Part shown: piece by piece, positions 57,434 to 64,000 of the stretch | How the letters are laid out: the number at the start of each line of letters is the position of its first letter | How positions within the stretch are numbered: the first letter of the stretch is position 1 | From: Myxococcales bacterium | GTDB lineage: Bacteria; Myxococcota_A; Polyangia; Polyangiales; DASUME01 | Assembly: GCA_047601445.1 (NCBI GenBank) | Contig: JASGJH010000001.1 | Location: forward strand, 2,944,001 to 3,008,000 | Direction of reading: 5' to 3' | Length of the DNA stretch: 64,000 nt | Translations under genes and position numbers: made by a program | The notes under the pieces: model-generated | Told to the model about the DNA's origin: nothing | Seen by the model: the letters and a program-made list of their open reading frames with translations, nothing else | Databases searched by the model: none

Positions 57434-57688
57434 CTAACCTACGCTGGCCAGTCTACGGATGTGCTCCACCAGCTCGGGCGTCAGCAGGTACTCGTCGCCC
57501 GACACCGTGCGTAGCTGCCACTCGTCGATCACCTCGCGTACCCGGTGCTTGGGCAGCTCCGTGCGCGCCACCAGCCCCTTGAACGTAATGGCCGGCGCGC
57601 GCGGGTCGTCGATCAGGTCAACGACCGCGCGGGCGACCAAGCGCTCCATTTCGTAGATATCGAGCTGTTCGTGGTCCCGACGTGGCAT
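57434..57688 (-). CDS. Small hypothetical protein (possible winged helix)
   Basis: 84-aa ORF with host-like codon usage; ITFKGLVARTELPKHRVREVI is HTH-like. Confidence 0.5.
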   Translation of the reverse strand: MPRRDHEQLDIYEMERLVARAVVDLIDDPRAPAITFKGLVARTELPKHRVREVIDEWQLRTVSGDEYLLTPELVEHIRRLASVG

Positions 57689-57846
57689 GTCCGTGCGCAC
57701 CTTGGCGGACAGCGCTCGGGCGCGCAAATCCCCGACGCTCAGGCCCAGGGGTTGACCGTGCGATACCCAGCTTTGACCGGACCCCTCGCGGTGGTTGTCG
57801 GGCCGCGCGAAAGCGACGCACACTGGGGCCGTCGGAGGTTCAGACG

Positions 57847-58695
57847 ATGCTTCAGGCCGCTCAGTTTCCAGGCCGGGACCGCAAACTCACGGTACGCCCC
57901 TTGCGACTCGAGATTGCGCCGGACACACCGCGCTACTGGATGGGCGCCAACGCCTGGGAGACCCATCTGCTGAACGCGCTGTCCCTCACCTTCCCGCCGG
58001 GTGAGCGCTTCTTCATGCGCTCGGTGCGCGCCTTGCGTGAGCGTGCCAAGGACCCAGACCTGCTCGAGCAGATCAAAGGCTTCCTCGCCCAGGAGTCGCT
58101 GCACAGCCGCGAGCACAGCGTGCTCAACACATGGCTAGGCAAGCTCGGCTTGCCCGCCGAGGTCATCGACAAGCGCGTGGAGGCCCGCATCGCCGAGCGT
58201 AGCGGCAAGCGCAGCGAGCTCGACAACCTCGCCGTCACCTGCGCCCTCGAGCACTTCACGGCCATGCTGGCCAAGCTCCTGCTCACCGACCCCACGCTGC
58301 GCGCGCGCTTCCACCCCAACATGCTGCCGCTCTGGTACTGGCACGCCATCGAGGAGCTCGATCACAAGGCGGTGGCCTTCGACGTGTACCTCGCGGCCGA
58401 CGGTGACTATCGCCGCCGTGTGCTCGCGATGGTGGCCATGACCATCGGGCTCATCACGAGCACCATGGTCATCCAATACCACCTCATGCGCGCGGACAAG
58501 CAGCCCATCCGGCTCGGCACCTGGCTGCGAGGTGCCCTGCGCTACCTCGGTCCCAAGGGCCACGTCACCGCGGTGATCCCGGATTACCTGCGCTACTACC
58601 GGCGCGACTTCCATCCCTGGCAGGAAGACGATCGCGCCTTGATCGCCGAGGCCGAGCGCGAGCTGCGTCTGATGCTCGAGGGTTATGACGCGTAA
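57847..58695 (+). CDS. Predicted metal-dependent hydrolase (paralog of 54369-55241)
   Basis: FPPGERFFMRSVR, QESLHSREH, TCALEHFTA, WHAIEELDHKAVAFDV, YYRRDFHP. Confidence 0.9.
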   Translation: MLQAAQFPGRDRKLTVRPLRLEIAPDTPRYWMGANAWETHLLNALSLTFPPGERFFMRSVRALRERAKDPDLLEQIKGFLAQESLHSREHSVLNTWLGKLGLPAEVIDKRVEARIAERSGKRSELDNLAVTCALEHFTAMLAKLLLTDPTLRARFHPNMLPLWYWHAIEELDHKAVAFDVYLAADGDYRRRVLAMVAMTIGLITSTMVIQYHLMRADKQPIRLGTWLRGALRYLGPKGHVTAVIPDYLRYYRRDFHPWQEDDRALIAEAERELRLMLEGYDA

Positions 58696-60217
58696 TCTGC
58701 CCAACGCTCTGCGCAGCGCACCCGCGCTTCAGGGCGCACTCGAGCCTGACCATGAAGTGGTGATCGTGGGCGCCGGCTTCGGCGGCATGGGCATCGCCAT
58801 TCAACTCGGCCGCATGGGCATCCGCGATGTGCTCATCCTCGAGCGCTCGGACGACCTCGGCGGCACCTGGCACCTCAACCACTATCCCGGCCTCCAAGTC
58901 GACATCTCGTCGCTGGCCTACTCCTACTCGTTCGAGCCCAATCCCTACTGGTCCAAGCTGTTCGCCACGGGCGCAGAGCTCAAGGCCTATACCCAGCACG
59001 TCGCCACCAAGTACGACCTGCGCCGGCTCATGCGCTTCAACGCAAGCGTGGAGCAGGTGGCGTACGACGAGCACAACGCGCTCTGGACCGTGCACATCGA
59101 GGGCCAAGCCTCCGTCACCGCGCGCGTACTGGTGCTGGCCACGGGTTATCTCTCGCGGCCCAAGAAACCTGACATCGCGGGCATCGACGACTTCGCCGGC
59201 AAGGTGATCCACACCGCCGCCTACGATCACAGCTACGACATGCGTGGCAAGCGCGTGTCCGTGATCGGCACAGGCGCCACCGCCGTGCAGCTGTTGCCGG
59301 AGATCGCCCCGCTGGTCTCACAGCTGCACGTCTATCAGCGCACCGCCATCTGGGTCACGCCTCGGCGCAATCCACCCATCCCGCCTCACGTGCAGGAGCT
59401 CTTCGCGCGCTTTCCCATCACGCAGCGCGCCGCGCGCCTCGCCTTCACCACGCGCCTCGAGGTGATGGCCCTGGCGGGCTTGCTCTACAACCAGGATTTG
59501 CCCTTCCTCACGGAGAGCGTCGAAAACCTGTGTCGCTCCTACCTCGAGCGCAGCATTCCCGATCCCGAGCTGCGCCGAAAGCTCACGCCGAACTACCCGT
59601 TCGGTTGCAAGCGCCCCACCTTCTCGAACCGCTACTACCCGGTCTTCAATCGAGCCAACGTGGAGCTCGTCACCGATCCCATCGACCACATCGAGCGCGA
59701 CGGCATCGTCACGCGCGACGGTCAGAAGCGCAGCATCGACGCGCTCGTGCTAGCCACCGGCTTTCGCGTGTGGGAGCGCGACACGTTCCATTCCATCATG
59801 GGCAAGCGCGGGGTGGAGCTGCGCGATGCCTGGGAGCGCTCGCGCTACGAGTCCTACGAAGGGCTGAGCGTGCCGGGCTTCCCCAATCTCTTCTATCTGC
59901 CGGGCCCCTACTCCTACACGGGCCTGTCCTACTTCTTCACCATCGAGAGCCAAATGAAGCACGTGGGCCGCGTGCTCGGCGCGATGCGCAAGCGCAAGGC
60001 GAGGAGCTTCGAGGTCACGGAAGACGCGAAGGAGCGCTTCATGCGCGGCGTCCAAAAGGACTTCGGGCACTCCGTGTTCGTGGAAGGGCACTGCGCCAAC
60101 GCCAACAGCTACTACTTCGACCGCCACGGCGCGCCCTCGCTGATTCGGCCGACCTCGACCCTGCGCGCCTTCCTCCGCCAGGCGACCTTCCCGCTCAGCG
60201 ACTACCGCTTCGACTGA
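58685..60217 (+). CDS. Flavin-containing monooxygenase (BVMO-like)
   Basis: IVGAGFGG, GGTWHLNHYPGLQVD, FAGKVIHTAAYD, VIGTGATAVQ, GCKR, ATGF, FPNLF. Confidence 0.92.
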   Translation: MTRNLPNALRSAPALQGALEPDHEVVIVGAGFGGMGIAIQLGRMGIRDVLILERSDDLGGTWHLNHYPGLQVDISSLAYSYSFEPNPYWSKLFATGAELKAYTQHVATKYDLRRLMRFNASVEQVAYDEHNALWTVHIEGQASVTARVLVLATGYLSRPKKPDIAGIDDFAGKVIHTAAYDHSYDMRGKRVSVIGTGATAVQLLPEIAPLVSQLHVYQRTAIWVTPRRNPPIPPHVQELFARFPITQRAARLAFTTRLEVMALAGLLYNQDLPFLTESVENLCRSYLERSIPDPELRRKLTPNYPFGCKRPTFSNRYYPVFNRANVELVTDPIDHIERDGIVTRDGQKRSIDALVLATGFRVWERDTFHSIMGKRGVELRDAWERSRYESYEGLSVPGFPNLFYLPGPYSYTGLSYFFTIESQMKHVGRVLGAMRKRKARSFEVTEDAKERFMRGVQKDFGHSVFVEGHCANANSYYFDRHGAPSLIRPTSTLRAFLRQATFPLSDYRFD

Positions 60218-60454
60218 CCTGACAACGAATGTTGTCTGGATGACCTGACAGGTGGTCCAACCATTCGGAAAGATTCGGGATTAGTAGCCACTCTGACGCG
60301 GATCTGGAGCCGTTAGGGCCAGAGTTATGACCTTCTGGTCCAGCGAGTGATTGCATCGACCGCGGCCGCCCATTCCCAGGTATTGCTGTCACCCAGGTCT
60401 ACCCGCACGTACATGCGGCCCCGACTTAGTGCTCCCTTGCTTGAGGTAACCACG

Positions 60455-61900
60455 ATGCAATCGAAAACCCTGCTGCTGCTCTCGGCCCTGTGCTTGGCCT
60501 CTTCCGCGCTGCCTGGCTGCGGCGATGATCCCGCAAGCCGCGGTCCCTCTTCCGGCAACCCCGGCGATGGCGACAACGGCGACGGCGACGGCGATGGCGA
60601 CGGTGACACCGGCGATGGTGACAACCCCCACGAGTTCGGCGACGGCGACGGCGACGGTGACACCAGCAGTGGCGACGGTGACGCCGGCCCCATGGAAATG
60701 GGCGGCCAGGACACCGATCCCAACCTGCCCACGGACGGTTCTCTGCCGAAGGGCGAGCCCGCACCCAACGACTGGACCTGGGTGTCGATGAAGACCACCC
60801 TCTGCCGCAATGGCTCGCCCGCCGGTTATTTCTACCGCAAGGGCAGCGAGAAGGGCCTGCTGATCTACCTCAACGGCGGCGGCGCCTGCGCGGACAAGTT
60901 CTTCTGCAACCTCAACCCAGTGGACGTCGATCACGACCTGCCCATCGAGTTCCTCTCGCACGGCACGCCCGACCTCTTCGTCGGCGTGCGCACGCAGCGC
61001 CAGCAGGCCCCCGAGGAGGGCATCTTCAAGCGCTCCGAGGCCTCCAACCCGGTGGCCAAGTGGAGCATGATCTACATCCCCTACTGCACCGGCGACATCC
61101 ACTCGGGTAGCCGCAAGGACGTCGAGGTCCCGAACGTGCCGGGCAAGCAGCAGTTCACCGGCCGCCTCAACTACGAGAAGATGCTCGACAGCTTCGGCCC
61201 CACCTTCGCCGACTCCACGCAGGTGCTGCTCACTGGCTCGAGCGCAGGCGGCTTCGGCTCGCTCTTCAACGCCGACTACACCATCGAGTGGTTCAAGAAG
61301 CACGGCGACAAGGCCAAGGTGAAGATCATCAGCGACTCCGGCGTGCCCTTCCAGAACGCGTACATGGCCGCCTGCTTGCAGAAGCGCTGGCGCACCTACT
61401 GGGGCCTGGACGACATCCTGCCCAAGGATTGCACGGACTGCTTCGCGGCGGACGGCGGCGACATCGTGAAGGGCTACGGCAACTGGCTGTTCCACAAGAA
61501 GTACGAGGGCCAGGTGCTGGGCGGCTTCATCTCCAGCGTGGAAGACGAGATCATCCGCGCCTTCTACGCGCCCGGCTTGAGCATGACGAAGGGCAAGCCC
61601 GACGACTGCACGCTCGACCCCACGTCGAACACCATCAAGGAAGCCGTGATCGGGTCGGCCGGCGGCCTGTTCGGCAACGAGTACACCGGTCAGATGTTCA
61701 CCGACGGTCTCAAGGACGTGCTCTCGACCGTGGTGCACCGCCCGGGCGTGGTCGGCTTCTACACCATCCCCGGCACGCCCCACATGCACATCTGGCGCCC
61801 GCGCTTCTACGAGAAGAACGGCAACGACCAGACCATCGCCGAGTGGACCAAGGACATCCTGGCCGGCAAACCCACCGAGCAGGGAACCCTGTTCAAGTAG
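60455..61900 (+). CDS. Pectin acetylesterase/Notum-family lipoprotein with (Gly-Asp)n linker
   Basis: LPGC lipobox; CRNGSPAGY, YLNGGGAC, YIPYCTGDIHSG, LTGSSAGGFG, SDSG. Confidence 0.88.
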   Translation: MQSKTLLLLSALCLASSALPGCGDDPASRGPSSGNPGDGDNGDGDGDGDGDTGDGDNPHEFGDGDGDGDTSSGDGDAGPMEMGGQDTDPNLPTDGSLPKGEPAPNDWTWVSMKTTLCRNGSPAGYFYRKGSEKGLLIYLNGGGACADKFFCNLNPVDVDHDLPIEFLSHGTPDLFVGVRTQRQQAPEEGIFKRSEASNPVAKWSMIYIPYCTGDIHSGSRKDVEVPNVPGKQQFTGRLNYEKMLDSFGPTFADSTQVLLTGSSAGGFGSLFNADYTIEWFKKHGDKAKVKIISDSGVPFQNAYMAACLQKRWRTYWGLDDILPKDCTDCFAADGGDIVKGYGNWLFHKKYEGQVLGGFISSVEDEIIRAFYAPGLSMTKGKPDDCTLDPTSNTIKEAVIGSAGGLFGNEYTGQMFTDGLKDVLSTVVHRPGVVGFYTIPGTPHMHIWRPRFYEKNGNDQTIAEWTKDILAGKPTEQGTLFK

Positions 61901-61930
61901 TCAGAAACGGGCAGAGTTGTCGGTTCCCGT

Positions 61931-61970
61931 AAGCGTGCGCGTGCCTATGCACGTGCACGCTTTTCTTCTT
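61931..61970 (+). terminator. Rho-independent terminator
   Basis: AAGCGTGCGCGTGC-CTAT-GCACGTGCACGCTT followed by TTCTTCTT, between convergent genes. Confidence 0.7.
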
Positions 61971-62009
61971 CCAGCCGAACCAAGCTCTGCACGAATGCTG
62001 GACGCCGCC

Positions 62010-62843
62010 TCATTTGCGCTCGGCAATCCGCTCCGCGAGTTCCGCAAATGCGTCGCGCACCGCGACCGGGTTCTCGATCCAGGCGAAGTGAGCGCCGCCC
62101 GCAATCCTGCGGTGCAGGACGTGAGCCCCCTCGAACGCCGGATCATTCCATAGCGCCTGTGTGACGATGCGGTCGTCGGTCCCGCTCACGATGAGGGTCG
62201 GGATCTTCTTCGGCCACCACGTGTGCGCGTACGTTGAGTCGAAGTTCTTGGCGGACCACGCGACGGCACGCGGGTTGTACGGCATGCGGCCGAGCAGCGC
62301 GGCGCCAATCTCGAGGTGATCTGCTCCGAAGTTCCAGGGCGCAGACGCGACACAGACTTCGCGCAGACGTTCGGGCGTCGGGTCGGCGTCGTAGCGCGCA
62401 TTCGCTTCGTTGAACGCGGGTAGCTCGTGGGCTTGGACCATCTCCCCCATCGCCGCCATCCAGGCAGCATCCGGCGCGCTGCTCACGAGCACCAGCCCCT
62501 GGATATGCTGCTCGAGCTCCGGAACCGACAGAAGATACATGCCGCCGGTCGAGTGCCCGACGTACACCGGATGCGGCACGGCGCGCGCGGCCTCGAGTAG
62601 CACCTGGGGCCAGGCCGCATACGGATCGTCGACTTCGACCAGGTTGGAGCCGTCACCCGGCAGGTCGACGAGCCACGCGCGCCCCGGCACCTGAACCGCG
62701 TCGACGAGCTCAATCAGGCTTTCGGAGCCGATCCCCGGCCCGCCCGGGAGAAACAGCCAATCGAGATCGGCCGCGTCGTTCTCGGCCCAGAGCCGCATAC
62801 GTACCTGGGAGGCAGTGTTCAGTTGTCGAATCGGCTGAGTCAT
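62010..62843 (-). CDS. Alpha/beta hydrolase
   Basis: FLPGGPG, VDLPGDG, VGHSTGG, SGTDD, GAHFAW. Confidence 0.88.
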   Translation of the reverse strand: MTQPIRQLNTASQVRMRLWAENDAADLDWLFLPGGPGIGSESLIELVDAVQVPGRAWLVDLPGDGSNLVEVDDPYAAWPQVLLEAARAVPHPVYVGHSTGGMYLLSVPELEQHIQGLVLVSSAPDAAWMAAMGEMVQAHELPAFNEANARYDADPTPERLREVCVASAPWNFGADHLEIGAALLGRMPYNPRAVAWSAKNFDSTYAHTWWPKKIPTLIVSGTDDRIVTQALWNDPAFEGAHVLHRRIAGGAHFAWIENPVAVRDAFAELAERIAERK

Positions 62844-62923
62844 CAGGCGGACGACTTTGCCGTCCCCCAATATCGTACGCAACTCTCCCCGGCATCCCGC
62901 ACGACAGGCTGCCGCCCTCGCCC

Positions 62924-62971
62924 TTGACGGGGATTTCGTCTTCTCCCATAGTGAACTAAATGGTTCAGTAT
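62924..62971 (+). promoter_or_regulatory. Sigma70 promoter (probably leaderless) and ArsR operator
   Basis: TTGACG-N17-CATAGT, with ATG 7 nt downstream; imperfect dyad ATAGTGAAC-TAAATG-GTTCAGTAT (62948-71) spans the start codon. Confidence 0.7.
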
Positions 62972-63295
62972 TCGCAGAGCCTGGATCTCTCGTTCGCTGC
63001 CCTCGCGGACCCCACACGGCGCGCCATCTTGCTGCGCCTGGGAAGTTCGACCGCGTCGGTGAGCGAGCTGGCCGAGGGCTTCGAGATGACCCTCACGGGT
63101 CTCAAGAAGCACGTCCAGGTGCTGGAAGACGCGGGGCTCGTGAGCACGGAGAAGGTGGGCCGCGTGCGGCACTGCCGGCTCGGACCACGCCGCCTCGAAG
63201 ACGTCACGAAGTGGATCGCGGGTTACCGCTCGCAACTCGAAGAACGCCTCGATCACTTGGAGGCCTTCCTCGAACGAACGAAAGGAACGCCATGA
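62960..63295 (+). CDS. ArsR/SmtB family regulator
   Basis: FAALADPTRRAIL, SVSELA, KHVQVLEDAGLV..EKVGRVR. Confidence 0.93.
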   Translation: MVQYSQSLDLSFAALADPTRRAILLRLGSSTASVSELAEGFEMTLTGLKKHVQVLEDAGLVSTEKVGRVRHCRLGPRRLEDVTKWIAGYRSQLEERLDHLEAFLERTKGTP

Positions 63296-63768
63296 CTCTC
63301 AGCAAGCAACAAACCCTGCTCAGTACACCCGGCGACCGCGAGATTCGCATCGAGCGCGTCTTCAATGCGCCGCGTGAGCGCGTCTGGAAAGCCATGACCA
63401 CGCCAGAGCTGGTCGCTCAATGGTGGGGACGCGGCAACAAGCTCGTGATCGAGCGCATGGACGTGGTGCGCGGCGGACACTGGCGCTTCGTGGAGCACGC
63501 CCCGGATGGCGTGCACGGCTTCGAGGGGCGCTACCGCGAGGTCACGCCGCCCGAGCGCGTGGTGCAGACGTTCTCCTGGGATGGGATGCCAGGTCACGTG
63601 TTGGTGGAAACCATCACGCTGGAGGACCTGGGCGATGGCCGCACCAAGATCGTCACCGTCTCACTCTTCCACACCACCGAGGAGCGCGATGGCATGCTGC
63701 AGGCTGGGATGGAGGGCGGCTTGACCCAGAGCTACGAGGCCCTCGACCGCCTGCTCGCACGGCTCTGA
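63292..63768 (+). CDS. SRPBCC (AHA1/START-like) protein
   Basis: REIRIERVFNAPRERVWKA, WWG, GGHWRF, GMEGG..QSYEALD; ATGA overlap with arsR. Confidence 0.92.
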   Translation: MTLSKQQTLLSTPGDREIRIERVFNAPRERVWKAMTTPELVAQWWGRGNKLVIERMDVVRGGHWRFVEHAPDGVHGFEGRYREVTPPERVVQTFSWDGMPGHVLVETITLEDLGDGRTKIVTVSLFHTTEERDGMLQAGMEGGLTQSYEALDRLLARL

Positions 63769-63806
63769 CGCGCGCCGCCGACGTTCCGAAAAAAAGCCGC
63801 CAACCA

Positions 63807-63833
63807 TGTCGAGCGGCCAACGGCGGCTACGAC
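63807..63833 (+). promoter_or_regulatory. ECF42-type promoter
   Basis: TGTCGA-N17-CGAC preceded by an A7 tract, upstream of the third DGPF gene. Confidence 0.78.
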
Positions 63834-63883
63834 TATGCGGTGAAGGCGGCGGCATCGAGCACGCCCAGGAAGGAACGAACACC

Positions 63884-64000
63884 ATGAAATTCATGCTCTT
63901 CATGAGCGCGCCCTACGGCACCGGCGACTGGGACATCACCAAGAAGTGGGCCCCCGCAGACTTCCAGGCCCACATGCGTTTCATGCGCGAGCTCAACGAG
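63884..64000 (+). CDS. YciI/DGPF family protein, 5' part (runs off window)
   Basis: MKFMLFMSAPYGTGDWDITKKWAPADFQAHMRFMRELNE aligns by eye with the N-terminus of 49924-50316. Confidence 0.8.
   Translation, partial: MKFMLFMSAPYGTGDWDITKKWAPADFQAHMRFMRELNE

Noticed and set aside
1..64000. Mobile elements, prophage, defence systems, tRNA/rRNA, NRPS/PKS cluster
   Set aside because: No transposase, integrase, phage, nuclease/defence or megasynthase motifs recognised; no tRNA-like or rRNA-like segments seen by eye

Overview
High-GC (visually about 68-70%), gene-dense chromosomal region. It is almost certainly from a myxobacterium (Myxococcota, probably Polyangia), judged from MYXO-CTERM-like C-termini, Cys-rich 'CDGxDDDCDG' and 'CGNG..E.CDDGN' repeats, (Gly-Asp)n lipoprotein linkers and a Ser/Thr kinase-TPR/PEGA-lipoprotein cassette. 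I see about 55-60 CDS and no rRNA, tRNA, CRISPR array, transposase, integrase or phage genes. Content is accessory: four ECF sigma factors, many one-component regulators (MerR, 2 LysR, MarR, AraC, ArsR), about 14 lipoproteins, small-molecule enzymes and an assimilatory nitrate reductase pair. The most notable observations are: (1) a candidate sterol/lipid-tailoring trio of a KshA/Neverland-type Rieske oxygenase, an Erg6/SMT-like methyltransferase with a diverged substrate motif, and a frameshifted GGR-family flavoprotein; (2) an FHA-Zn ribbon-TM-transglutaminase fusion downstream of a non-RD Ser/Thr kinase cassette; (3) an ECF42 regulon readable in the DNA, with TGTCGA-N17-CG(A/T)C in front of three dispersed DGPF/YciI genes; (4) an ECF/cupin anti-sigma pair with tandem ECF-like promoters upstream of three secreted surface proteins; (5) a lipoprotein made of two copies of an unrecognised ~245-aa domain. 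All family calls come from motif recognition by eye; no searches were run.
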